The notes beneath the pieces were generated by a model. That model worked only from the letters and a program-made list of their open reading frames with translations. It had not been told where the DNA came from and did not search any database. Below are positions 42,659 through 51,778 of a stretch of 64,000 nt of DNA, piece by piece; the first letter of the stretch is position 1; every line of letters begins with the position of its first letter. The stretch comes from Desulfobulbaceae bacterium (GTDB taxonomy: Bacteria > Desulfobacterota > Desulfobulbia > Desulfobulbales > SURF-16), in NCBI GenBank assembly GCA_020444175.1, contig JAHLLM010000004.1:13399-77398 (forward strand). The letters are read 5' to 3'. The position numbers and the translations under genes are program-made.

Positions 42659-43708
42659 ATGACTCCCTTTATAATCCCTTTTTTTATTGCCCATCAGGGA
42701 TGTCCCCATCAATGTGTTTTCTGCAATCAGCATGTTATTACCGGAACGCAGGCATGGCTGACTGCAGACAAAGTTGCCGCAGAGATCAGGGAGTGTCTTG
42801 CCTGGCCAAGAGATAAAAAACGTCCGGTGCAGGTGGCCTTTTATGGTGGAAGTTTTACCGGCCTGGAAACAGCCCGCCAGGAAGAATTGCTGGGAGCGGT
42901 GCAACCGTTTCTGGAAAATGGAGCGGTCAATGCAATTCGACTTTCAACCCGCCCTGATTATATTGACCGCCGGAAGGCCATTTTTTTAAAGCAGAAAGGG
43001 GTGGCTGTTGTCGAGCTTGGCATACAGAGTTTCGATGAAAATGTGCTGACCCGGTGCCGACGCGGTCATCGTGCAGATCATGTTGAAATGGCCTTTAAGC
43101 TACTGCGCGAAGCCGGCCTCTCCGTTGGTGGGCAGCTTATGGTTGGCTTGCCTGGGGAAAGGACGCGCGCTGTTTTGGATGGAGCCAGGCGCCTTGCAAC
43201 CCTTGCACCGGATATGGTAAGAATTTATCCGACACTGGTTTTGAAAAACAGCCCGCTTGCCGATCTTTACAGCCAGGGAAACTACAGGCCATTGTCCCTG
43301 CAGAGGGCCGTCTGTCTTTGCGCGCAGCTTAAAATGATTTTTGAAGAGAGCCATATTCCTGTGATCCGCATGGGGCTGCAACCTTCTGACTCCCTGGAGA
43401 AAGATCTTGTTGCCGGCCCCTATCATCCGGCATTTGGAGAGCTTGTTTTATCCCGGCTTTTTTTCAGGAAGCTCCGAAATTATTTGAAAAACTTGCAACA
43501 GATGCAGGTTGGGGGTAGGATGAGACTTCTGCTTTCAAGAGCCGACATCTCACTGTTCCAGGGACAGAAGAAGTGCTCAGTGAAGCGTCTGACTGGCCTG
43601 GGACTGTTAAGGGATATTGATGTTATCTTTCAGGCCGGACAGCAGAGATTCATGATAGCCCATGACTCGGCACCCCAGAACACAGAACCCCAGAATTTAA
43701 ATCAATGA
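42659..43708 (+). CDS. Radical SAM protein (ELP3-like N-terminal domain family, no GNAT domain)
   Basis: 349 aa. Cluster motif CPHQCVFC (CxxxCxxC) near the N-terminus, then YGGSFTG. Confidence 0.7.
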   Translation: MTPFIIPFFIAHQGCPHQCVFCNQHVITGTQAWLTADKVAAEIRECLAWPRDKKRPVQVAFYGGSFTGLETARQEELLGAVQPFLENGAVNAIRLSTRPDYIDRRKAIFLKQKGVAVVELGIQSFDENVLTRCRRGHRADHVEMAFKLLREAGLSVGGQLMVGLPGERTRAVLDGARRLATLAPDMVRIYPTLVLKNSPLADLYSQGNYRPLSLQRAVCLCAQLKMIFEESHIPVIRMGLQPSDSLEKDLVAGPYHPAFGELVLSRLFFRKLRNYLKNLQQMQVGGRMRLLLSRADISLFQGQKKCSVKRLTGLGLLRDIDVIFQAGQQRFMIAHDSAPQNTEPQNLNQ

Positions 43709-44112
43709 ACCCGCTTTCCCGAATAGCTGAACGCAAAATTTCCCAGGCCATTGAAGACGGCAGTCTTCGCTTTGACAAGTGGAAGGACAAACCACTGCCG
43801 GAGGATGATAATGACCATCTGGTACCGGATGACCTGAAAATAGCTTATAAAATGCTGAAAAATTCAGGTTTTCTTCCTCCGGAAATTGAAGCAAAAAAAG
43901 AGATCCAGCGGATTGAAGAACTGATCGCCCACACCGAGGATGTCCATGTGCGCCTCAAGCAGATGAAGAAGCTTCATGTGCTTCTGATGAAAGTTGACGG
44001 CGGCAGGGAAAAAAGGATGCATCTTGAAGCACAGGCCGACTACTACCGTAAGGTGGTTGAGCGTATAAGTCTCCACTCCCAGCCGGGAGAGGAAAAAGAC
44101 CAAGGAGCGTAA
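43705..44112 (+). CDS. DUF1992 (DnaJC28-like) domain protein
   Basis: 135 aa. IAERKISQAIEDGSLRFDKWKDKPL and NSGFLPPEIE are typical of DUF1992. Overlaps the previous gene by 4 nt. Confidence 0.65.
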   Translation: MNPLSRIAERKISQAIEDGSLRFDKWKDKPLPEDDNDHLVPDDLKIAYKMLKNSGFLPPEIEAKKEIQRIEELIAHTEDVHVRLKQMKKLHVLLMKVDGGREKRMHLEAQADYYRKVVERISLHSQPGEEKDQGA

Positions 44113-44121
44113 TGAAGCATT

Positions 44122-44508
44122 ATGGGGAGAAAAAAGCAAAACAGCCAAAAAATTCTCGTTATAGATGACGACCCTACGGTTCTTGAGTTAATTAAAGCTA
44201 TATTGGGTTCTGTTGGTTATAGGGTGGAAGTGGCCCAGGATGGGAAAAAAGCGATGGAGCTTGCTGAGTGCTCCAGCGAACCCATTGATTTGCTCCTGAC
44301 TGACGTTGTCATGCCCGGAATGGGCGGAGAAGAGGTTGCTTTGTCGTTTAAAAAGGAATATCCCTTTGCCCATGTGCTGTTCATGTCTGCCTATCTGCAG
44401 CCTCCGGTGGAAAAATATCAGGACATGCACGGCAAGGTGGATTTTGTTATGAAGCCCTTCACCATGCAGAAATTAAAGGGCATGGTGAAAAGGATTCTGT
44501 CCGCATAA
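44122..44508 (+). CDS. Stand-alone response-regulator receiver (CheY-like) protein
   Basis: 128 aa. ILVIDDDP, LLLTDVVMPGMGG (phospho-Asp), MKPF. Confidence 0.85.
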   Translation: MGRKKQNSQKILVIDDDPTVLELIKAILGSVGYRVEVAQDGKKAMELAECSSEPIDLLLTDVVMPGMGGEEVALSFKKEYPFAHVLFMSAYLQPPVEKYQDMHGKVDFVMKPFTMQKLKGMVKRILSA

Positions 44509-44520
44509 AATCATTACATT

Positions 44521-45483
44521 TCAAGCCCTTGCTTTCAGAAAAACCCGCAAAGGTGCCGGGTAGCCTTCCACCGTCAGATCTGGGTTGTTCGGATCGATAA
44601 AATCATCAAAAGACTCAAAAACCATCCAGTCCGTCTTCCTTTGTTCATCGCTGCTCATGGCATGGCTGCAGAAAATTTCCACATCAATAAAACCCGCTCT
44701 TGTCAGCCAGTTTTTCAGACACGCTGCAGTTGGCACAAAGTAGGTGCCTGGAACTTTCGCATAGCGTTCTTCGGGAAACAGGGCCACCGGATCATTGCCG
44801 GGGATGGCCTGGGATTCGACGATAAGCGTGCTGCCCGCTTTCATGCTTTTTTTGAGATCCTTGAGCATTTCCACCGGTGAAATACGATGATAAATGATGC
44901 CCATGAGAAAGATGACATCAAAACATTTTTCATAGAGAAAAAGATGTTCCACGCCGAGAAGCTCCAGGTGGAGATTGGCAAGCCCGGCAAAGCTGTTTAA
45001 GGTTTTAAAGGTAAAGTAGTGGTGGTGATAGGGCTCAAAACCAATAACGGCAAGAGGCTCGTGATGGGCCATGCGGAACATGTAGTAGCCGTTGTTGCAG
45101 CCCACGTCGGCAATAACTTTACCCTTAAGATCGGGCAGCACCGGTAAAATCCGGTCCCATTTGCGGTAGCTACGCCATTCTGCATCAATGTCAATGCCAA
45201 AGACCTGAAAGGGACCCTTCCGCCACGGCATAAAGCCGCGTAAAACCGAGTGCACATGCTGTCTGTCTTCCGGGCTGATATCGTCCCTGTCTCCTATGCG
45301 CACAACATCACCTGCCAGATCAAGTGAGCTTGCCCGCAGATGGCTGACCGATTCAAAGGGCATTCGGTAGGAGAGGAATCCTTTTTTATTGCTGTTTAAT
45401 TTTTTGTCATTCTGCCTGCGCAGTGATTTGATCTTTTCACGGTCAGCGCCGGGCATCAGATCCAGATAGTCGTTGTCCGTCAT
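44521..45483 (-). CDS. cmoB: tRNA U34 carboxymethyltransferase CmoB
   Basis: 320 aa. MPWRKGPFQVFGIDIDAEWRSYRKWDRILP and VEGYPAP match E. coli CmoB as I recall it. Confidence 0.88.
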   Translation of the reverse strand: MTDNDYLDLMPGADREKIKSLRRQNDKKLNSNKKGFLSYRMPFESVSHLRASSLDLAGDVVRIGDRDDISPEDRQHVHSVLRGFMPWRKGPFQVFGIDIDAEWRSYRKWDRILPVLPDLKGKVIADVGCNNGYYMFRMAHHEPLAVIGFEPYHHHYFTFKTLNSFAGLANLHLELLGVEHLFLYEKCFDVIFLMGIIYHRISPVEMLKDLKKSMKAGSTLIVESQAIPGNDPVALFPEERYAKVPGTYFVPTAACLKNWLTRAGFIDVEIFCSHAMSSDEQRKTDWMVFESFDDFIDPNNPDLTVEGYPAPLRVFLKARA

Positions 45484-46214
45484 TATTTCTCCTCCTTTAC
45501 CGCAATAAAAGAGGCAAAATTAAACCACTGGAAAAACGGCTCTACATGGGAAAAACCTGCTTTTTGCAACAGCTCCGTGTTTTCCAGAATGGAGAAGGGG
45601 ATGAGGATATTTTCAAGGGATTCCCTTTTTCTGGCGATTTCGGTTTCCGAGTAGCCCTGGCTGCGTTTGAAGTCATGGTAAAAGTCGATATAAGCCCGGT
45701 TGAGCAGGGGATCATGGGAAATAATTTTCTCACTGATGAGCAGGATGCCTCCTGGTTGCAGGACGTTATGCAGACGGCGCAGGAAGTCTTTGCGGACAAT
45801 GGGGCGAAAAAACTGCAGGGTATAGTTCAAAATAAAAGCCTTGCAGGGCGAAATGTCGGTTTCGTCAATATCGGCTTTTAAAAACGAAACTTTCTCCTTT
45901 TGGGAAAACATTTCCGCTTTAAGGGAAGCTTTCTTTATCATGGCCTCTGAATTGTCGATGCCAATGAAATTGATTTTTTTATCCTCTAAGCGCCTGGAGA
46001 GTTCCAGCAGGGTGGTGCCGGTAGAACAACCCAGATCGTAAACCAGGTCGCCGTTTCGACAGAATCTGTTGAGCTGGATGGCCATCATGTCAATGACCTG
46101 GTCGTAACAGGGCACGGATCGTTGCAGCATGTCATCGAAGACTTCTGCAACCTGGGAGTTGAAAATGAATTCAGCCGGGGCTTCCGGGTTCTGGTAAAGC
46201 TTGTCTTTTGTCAT
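45483..46214 (-). CDS. cmoA: Carboxy-S-adenosyl-L-methionine synthase CmoA
   Basis: 243 aa. FIFNSQVAEVFDDMLQRSVPCYD and DLGCSTG SAM motif. Overlaps cmoB by 1 nt. Confidence 0.88.
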   Translation of the reverse strand: MTKDKLYQNPEAPAEFIFNSQVAEVFDDMLQRSVPCYDQVIDMMAIQLNRFCRNGDLVYDLGCSTGTTLLELSRRLEDKKINFIGIDNSEAMIKKASLKAEMFSQKEKVSFLKADIDETDISPCKAFILNYTLQFFRPIVRKDFLRRLHNVLQPGGILLISEKIISHDPLLNRAYIDFYHDFKRSQGYSETEIARKRESLENILIPFSILENTELLQKAGFSHVEPFFQWFNFASFIAVKEEK

Positions 46215-46514
46215 TGCTAATAGGCTGCTGAGTTTTTTTGATTCTGGTTCAGGATGTTAAGTTACGGCATGAGTAGTACGAAGGGAGTAACTATGCCACA
46301 ATTTTTCATGAATTCACGCAAAAAAAATTTCTACCATGCAGGGCAGTTATTTTGTTATGCTTGAATCGTAAAAAGCGTGGCATGACCATGGCTTTATTAA
46401 AGATGATTACCACTCATCTTCAGTTTTTTTGTGCGTCATTGCCCCGAACGAGGCAACGACGTGTGGGCAGACAGCATTTTAAGGCATACAGGTTTTATCG
46501 GAAAAGAGGGAAAA

Positions 46515-46769
46515 ATGGGAAAAACAATTGTGAGCAGCATACTGGTGATGTTCTTTCTGGGGGTATTTGGGGTTTCTTCTGCTGCTGCAGGACACGATCA
46601 GAGTAATTCCGAAAGTGCAGCCCCCGTGGGACATGATAACGGTGCAGTAATGGAAGATGACCCGGCCATGGCAGCCATTCCGCCTGCTGAGCAACCCGCT
46701 GTTCTTCCGGACCAGGGCAAGCAGCCCCCTGAAGAGGAACCGGCCATGGCAACCATTCCGGAAAAATGA
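46515..46769 (+). CDS. Small secreted protein, unknown function
   Basis: ATG 46515 has a GAGGG RBS and is in frame with track ORF 46431. 84 aa with a signal peptide (MGKTIVSSILVMFFLGVFGVSSAAA). Two PAMA(A/T)IP motifs. Confidence 0.45.
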   Translation: MGKTIVSSILVMFFLGVFGVSSAAAGHDQSNSESAAPVGHDNGAVMEDDPAMAAIPPAEQPAVLPDQGKQPPEEEPAMATIPEK

Positions 46770-46831
46770 TGCCGTTTTAATTTATACGCCTGGATTCATG
46801 GCAAAAAAGTCAGGTCGAAGCCGTGGAGAGT

Positions 46832-47611
46832 TCATTTCAAGGCGTCTTGCAAAAAGGACAGCGCCTCATAATGAGTGAGATCCAGATGGATGGGGGTGAT
46901 GGAGATTGCATTTTTTTTAATTTCAAACGAATCCGTTCCCGGCACCCTGTCTTTTGAAGGACTTCCGCCTCCTATCCAGAAACAGGGACGTCCCCATGGG
47001 TCGGGGAGCTCCTGCAGGGCATTTTCGTAAATTCTGCGGCCCTGTTTGGTGATTTTTATTCCGGAAATGTCTTTTTGGGCAAGATTCGGAACATTAATAT
47101 TCAGATAACAGTCCTTGGGAAATGCTGATTCCAGCAGAATATCCACAATTCCCAGAGCGCAGTTAACTGCTGTTTCGTAAAGATAGGGAGGCTCTCCGGA
47201 CATGGAAAGGGCCATGGACGGCACGCCGCGAATCGTTCCTTCCTTGGCTGCGGAAACGGTTCCCGAGTAGCTGATATCGTGCCCAAGGTTCGCTCCGGCA
47301 TTGATGCCGGAAACAACAAGGTCCGGCCTTCTGCCTAAAACTTTTTCCACGCCAATGGTCACGCAGTCGGCTGGGGTTCCGTTAATGGCGAAGATGTTTG
47401 GTTCAATTTCGATTACCCTGAGGGGTCTGTTCAGGGTAAGGGAATGGCTCACGGCGCTGTTGTCCCGGTCAGGGGCAACAATGACAGGATTGCCTGCCGA
47501 TTTCATTGCCTCAAAAAGCATTCTCAGTCCCGGAGCATGGACGCCGTCGTCATTGGTGACCAGGATTAATGGCTCTTCTTGCTGCTGGAGCTGTTTCTCT
47601 TCGGTGCTCAT
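46832..47611 (-). CDS. surE: 5'/3'-nucleotidase SurE
   Basis: 259 aa. ILVTNDDGVHAPGL and SGINAGANLG. Confidence 0.9.
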   Translation of the reverse strand: MSTEEKQLQQQEEPLILVTNDDGVHAPGLRMLFEAMKSAGNPVIVAPDRDNSAVSHSLTLNRPLRVIEIEPNIFAINGTPADCVTIGVEKVLGRRPDLVVSGINAGANLGHDISYSGTVSAAKEGTIRGVPSMALSMSGEPPYLYETAVNCALGIVDILLESAFPKDCYLNINVPNLAQKDISGIKITKQGRRIYENALQELPDPWGRPCFWIGGGSPSKDRVPGTDSFEIKKNAISITPIHLDLTHYEALSFLQDALK

Positions 47612-48468
47612 TCGTCACTCCTGTACCTTTCTTCTTCCTGGTAATATCTGTTAAAGCCAACCACGTCTTTCAGTCCTGAAAAATCAATATGTTCCGGATA
47701 CCTGCCTTGTTTCAGGCTGAGCAGAGCCTGCTGCATGGAGGTAACGGCAGAGCTGAGGAGCATCAGAGGGTAGGCGGCAATTTTAAAACCGATTTCTTCA
47801 AGTTCCTCCGGGCAAAGCAGCGGGGTTTTGCCGTTTTGAATCATATTGGCCATGGTATGGCCTGGCACTTCCCGGCAGAATCGCACCATTTCGTCCCGAG
47901 ACCGGGGGGCCTCAAGGAAAATGATATCTGCTCCAAGATCCGCAAAAGTCCGGCAGCGGTAGAGTGCTTCCTCAAAACTATCGGTCTGCCTGGCATCGGT
48001 GCGCGCCATGATGAGAATATCCGCTCCTTCATCCCTGGCGTCAACCGCCGCTCTGATACGCTGAAATGCCTCGTTGCGGTCCACAACCTGCTTGCCCTTG
48101 GTGTGGCCGCATCTTTTCGGCATTACCTGGTCCTCCACCATGGCGCAGGAAAAACCGGCAGCCGCATAGCCGGAAATGGTTCGTTTTACGTTGAGAGCGT
48201 TGCCATAGCCGGTATCCGCGTCGCCAATAACCGGAATGGCAACCCTGCTGCAAATGGCGCGACCCTGGTCAACCATTTCACCATAGGAAATAAGTCCGGT
48301 GTCGGGCAACCCCAAGTGAGCCGCGCTGACGGCAAAGCCGCTCATGAAGGTGAGCCTGAAACCTGCCTGTTCGACAAGTGCCGCTGACAGGGCATCAAAG
48401 CAGCATGGCATAAGAAGCAGACCTGGTTCAGCAAGCAGTTTTTCGAGTTTTTGCCTCGGCGTTGTCAT
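47608..48468 (-). CDS. Isocitrate lyase / PEP mutase family protein (2-methylisocitrate-lyase / carboxy-PEP mutase-like)
   Basis: 286 aa. GDADTGYGNALN, EDQVMPKRCGH, MARTDA. Confidence 0.75.
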   Translation of the reverse strand: MTTPRQKLEKLLAEPGLLLMPCCFDALSAALVEQAGFRLTFMSGFAVSAAHLGLPDTGLISYGEMVDQGRAICSRVAIPVIGDADTGYGNALNVKRTISGYAAAGFSCAMVEDQVMPKRCGHTKGKQVVDRNEAFQRIRAAVDARDEGADILIMARTDARQTDSFEEALYRCRTFADLGADIIFLEAPRSRDEMVRFCREVPGHTMANMIQNGKTPLLCPEELEEIGFKIAAYPLMLLSSAVTSMQQALLSLKQGRYPEHIDFSGLKDVVGFNRYYQEEERYRSDE

Positions 48469-48486
48469 GGGAGCACTGACTTTGTC

Positions 48487-48798
48487 TTAAGGAAGGACAA
48501 TGCGCTTATCAGCCTTTTTATCCTTATTGGCGCGATAGAGAAGCGCTGTTTTGCCCAGGGTCTGAACCAGGGCGGCTCCGGTCTGGGCCGCTACCTTTTC
48601 AGCAATATTTTGGCGATCACTTGGGGAGTCGTATTGGATTTTAATTTTTACCAGCTCATGGGTCTGTAAAACTTCGTCAACTGCTGCCAGCACCTGCTTG
48701 GTAAGGCCATGCTGACCGATCATGGCCAGGGGGGACAGGTGATGACCGAGACCGCGCAGGTAACGGATGTGTTTGCTGGAAAGTTTTTTCTGTTTCAT
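48487..48798 (-). CDS. yhbY: Ribosome-assembly RNA-binding protein YhbY (CRM domain)
   Basis: 103 aa. LSSKHIRYLRGLGHHLSPLAMIGQHGLT...HELVKIKI is colinear with E. coli YhbY. Confidence 0.85.
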   Translation of the reverse strand: MKQKKLSSKHIRYLRGLGHHLSPLAMIGQHGLTKQVLAAVDEVLQTHELVKIKIQYDSPSDRQNIAEKVAAQTGAALVQTLGKTALLYRANKDKKADKRIVLP

Positions 48799-48858
48799 AT
48801 GATATTATTTCGCAAAAGCGCAGAATTGGAGGCACTCTTTGCCTCCTGTTAGTTATAA

Positions 48859-48904
48859 CAGCCTGTTGAAAACTGCCGCGTTCTCTTTGTTTTGCAACAG
48901 CCTG
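48859..48904. repeat. Intergenic palindromic repeat family 1, minimal copy B
   Basis: CAGCCTGTTGAAAAC-N16-GTTTTGCAACAGCCTG. The imperfect hairpin has one mismatch and one bulge. Confidence 0.7.
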
Positions 48905-48920
48905 ATAGGTTGTGGTCCGA

Positions 48921-50114
48921 TCAGGGACCTGTCAGGTTCGATAAAATTTCAAGTCCTCCGACCCAGGTTCCGATCATGCTGCCGAATCCCGGCAACATGA
49001 AGGCAAGAAAGACCTTGAGGAGTTTGTTGCTCCACCAGCAGCGGAGTTTCGACATATCTTCCAGCACGGTCTCAAACTCATGGACAACCGGTGGCTGCAT
49101 CATGGCCTGAATAAAGGCGCAGACATATCCGGCCCCGATAACCGGAGTAAGACTGGTGATCGGCGCTGCTATAAAGGCAGAGATAATGGTTGCAGGGTGA
49201 GCCAGTCCGATGAGAGCCCCCAGTGAAGAGGGAATGCCGTTGGCAAGAATCCAATAGATGAGATTGTCTCCCGCAACATCCACACCTTTTGTAAAGCCGA
49301 TGAAAAGAATGGAGCCGATTATGACAAGGGGGATAAGCCATCCCGCAGCTTTCCATGCCTTGGAAATCGGAGGGATGGTATTAATCTCTTCCATTCTGTC
49401 ACTTCGATCTTCGTGCAGGGCTTTTTTCACTCCCTCAATGTGTCCGGCGCCGACCACGGCGACAATTTTCTGGCCTGGAGCGTGCTTTATTTTTTCCGCC
49501 AGAAATGTATCGCGTTCATCAATGAGTACGGTTTTCAGTTCAGGAAGGGACTGGCCAAGCTCTGCCATTAATTCCGAAAGAACATCGGTTTCTTTCAGCT
49601 CGTTTAATTTTTCCTCGGTGATTTCCGTTTCTTCAAACAGGGAGGCAACGAGGCTGGCCACAAGGTAGCCCTTCTTGAAAAAGGAAGTGGATTTCCAGGC
49701 CCGTCGCATGGTTACGCGGACATCCCGGTCGCACAGTTCAATGGGAATGTTTTTGCTGTCAGCGGTTACAGTCGCCTCCAGCAGTTCCGATCCCGGCATC
49801 ACGCCCAGCTTGTCGCCAAGTTTTTTCTGGTAGGAGGCAAGCACCAGATTCATCATCAGGGTGCTGAGCTGCTTTGTGCGTATGAGGTGTTTGATATCAA
49901 GGGATTTCCAGCGTTTTTTACTGGACAGGGATTCGTATCGTTTGGCATCAAGCTCCACACAGACACAGTCCGGGTTTTCCTTGTCAATAACCTCGTGAAC
50001 AAGGTTAACGGACTCACGGGAGACATGGGCCGTGCCCACAAGGATAAATTGCCGGCCGTCCAGTTCAACAACATGGACGTCTCCGGCCTCTAAATGGGTT
50101 GTACTCTCGGTCAT
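48921..50114 (-). CDS. TraB family (pheromone-shutdown-like) membrane protein
   Basis: I prefer ATG 50114 (MTESTTH...) over the TTG at 50159. FILVGTAHVSRESV, CVELD, VVGAGHIEG, and C-terminal TM helices. Confidence 0.75.
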   Translation of the reverse strand: MTESTTHLEAGDVHVVELDGRQFILVGTAHVSRESVNLVHEVIDKENPDCVCVELDAKRYESLSSKKRWKSLDIKHLIRTKQLSTLMMNLVLASYQKKLGDKLGVMPGSELLEATVTADSKNIPIELCDRDVRVTMRRAWKSTSFFKKGYLVASLVASLFEETEITEEKLNELKETDVLSELMAELGQSLPELKTVLIDERDTFLAEKIKHAPGQKIVAVVGAGHIEGVKKALHEDRSDRMEEINTIPPISKAWKAAGWLIPLVIIGSILFIGFTKGVDVAGDNLIYWILANGIPSSLGALIGLAHPATIISAFIAAPITSLTPVIGAGYVCAFIQAMMQPPVVHEFETVLEDMSKLRCWWSNKLLKVFLAFMLPGFGSMIGTWVGGLEILSNLTGP

Positions 50115-50183
50115 AAAATTTTTCTTTGTTGAAAAAATGAAAAAGCAGGAACGGGTCAATGCCGCTCCTGCTTTAATTTAGAG

Positions 50184-50460
50184 AAAACAGCAACAGATCA
50201 AAATAGCCAATGTTGTCTGTTCCGTCAATAGTTAGATTCTTCGCTGCAGAGGAATGTCAGCGACCATGATACTTGCTGATATCTTCTTTCTCTTCATACC
50301 TAGCAGGCTATTGAAAATGTAGCGAGCGTAGCGGAGACAAGGATTTATGCCCTTTAGGGTAAAAATGAGGCGAAAAAGCACAGTTTACATGGAGTAAATG
50401 AGCATTTTGAGCCGAATTTTGACGCAGTATCAGCAAGCGCAGTAGTTTTTCAACAGCCTG
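50184..50460. repeat. Intergenic repeat family 1, long composite copy C
   Basis: The right end GACGCAGTATCAGCAAGCGCAGTAGTTTTTCAACAGCCTG equals the inverted end of copy A. An internal inverted arm CTTGCTGATA lies near 50270. It ends exactly at the fadL-like stop codon. Confidence 0.6.
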
Positions 50461-51756
50461 CTAAAACTTATAGATCAAACCCAGGTTAACCACGTGGGCT
50501 CCGGCATCTTCGAATGTGCCGTCAATGCCGTTAATATTACTGTCCGACGTGGTAATTTCACGACTTTTTTTGTAGTCGTAGAGATAGGCGCCGCCCACTT
50601 CAAGATTGTTGTTTACTTTGTAACGGCAGCCAATGGAGTAAATGATGCCATCGGAGCCTGGAAGTTCAAAGCCCAGGGTGTCGTCCGGGATCGGCGTTTC
50701 ATCATAGGCAAATCCAAGCATGGCGGTCAGCTTTTCCGTGCATTTATGGGTGATTCCGATTCGGTAGGCATTTGAATCGTGCCAGTCCTTGTCTTTTGGA
50801 GCGTCAAAAGCGGAAGAAAGTGGATTCGTCCCTGCCGGAGCCAGGCCCATGGCAATCAAGGTCGCTCCGACATTGTTGGTCAAAGAGCTGCCATAGTCAA
50901 AATCGAGTTCTTCATATTTTGACCAGTATGTCCTGTCCCAGGTCAGTTCCACCGTTGTTTTGTCAAAAGTATAGGATGTGGCGAGAGTGGAGACGGCAGG
51001 TGCTGGAATGGTTACGGAAACGTCATCATCATACCTGTCGGCAACCAAGCCCCCCGATATTGAGGCGGCCATTTTGGCATGTCCTTCCACGTCAAGGTCC
51101 ACCTTGGAACGATAGGTTGCGGCAAGGGTCCACTCTTTAGTGGGTTTGACCGTCATGGCCAGGTTGTAACCGTATTCAATGGTGTTTCCCTCCATGCTTC
51201 GGCTAAGTGAGATGCCGTTGAAAATGCCGTCGCTTAAAACTTTCCCCCTGGTGTAAAGGACCCTTGGTCCTGCTGCAACAGAAAAGCGGTCGTTGAATTT
51301 ATAGGCAACAGTCGGATTTGCCTCAAAAACATGCAGGGTGAACTCTTCGGCGGACAGGCGGGGAACCGGATCATTCCAGCGTTTTGAAAGACCGTAGGGC
51401 ACAGTGATGGAAAAACCAAAACGAAAGTTGTTAAAATCCGGGGAAACAGCATGAAACATGGGGAAGAAAATATCTTCTGTCTTGCTGGTATCCACGTTGC
51501 TGGAGTTTTCTGCCGTGTAATCAATGGCGGTCAGATTGATGTAATTGATACTGGCCTCAACCTGCCATCTGTTTTCCTGCCATGCCATGTTGGCGGGATT
51601 GTAATAGGCTGTGTCCGGACCCTCAGTATTGGCAATATAGGCGTTGGACAGGGCTACGGCATTAATGGATTGCTCTGGGACGCGGTATCCCGAGCCATAA
51701 GCCGATCCTGCGGTCATAACTCCAAGAGCAGCCAGAATGGCGATTTTCTTTTTCAT
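50461..51756 (-). CDS. fadL: Outer-membrane hydrophobic-compound transporter, FadL/TodX (OMPP1) family
   Basis: 431 aa with a signal peptide. N-terminal GSGYRVPEQS hatch motif. Beta-barrel-like alternation. Terminal LIYKF. Confidence 0.8.
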   Translation of the reverse strand: MKKKIAILAALGVMTAGSAYGSGYRVPEQSINAVALSNAYIANTEGPDTAYYNPANMAWQENRWQVEASINYINLTAIDYTAENSSNVDTSKTEDIFFPMFHAVSPDFNNFRFGFSITVPYGLSKRWNDPVPRLSAEEFTLHVFEANPTVAYKFNDRFSVAAGPRVLYTRGKVLSDGIFNGISLSRSMEGNTIEYGYNLAMTVKPTKEWTLAATYRSKVDLDVEGHAKMAASISGGLVADRYDDDVSVTIPAPAVSTLATSYTFDKTTVELTWDRTYWSKYEELDFDYGSSLTNNVGATLIAMGLAPAGTNPLSSAFDAPKDKDWHDSNAYRIGITHKCTEKLTAMLGFAYDETPIPDDTLGFELPGSDGIIYSIGCRYKVNNNLEVGGAYLYDYKKSREITTSDSNINGIDGTFEDAGAHVVNLGLIYKF

Positions 51757-51778
51757 CCTTTTTCTCCTTACTCAGCTT

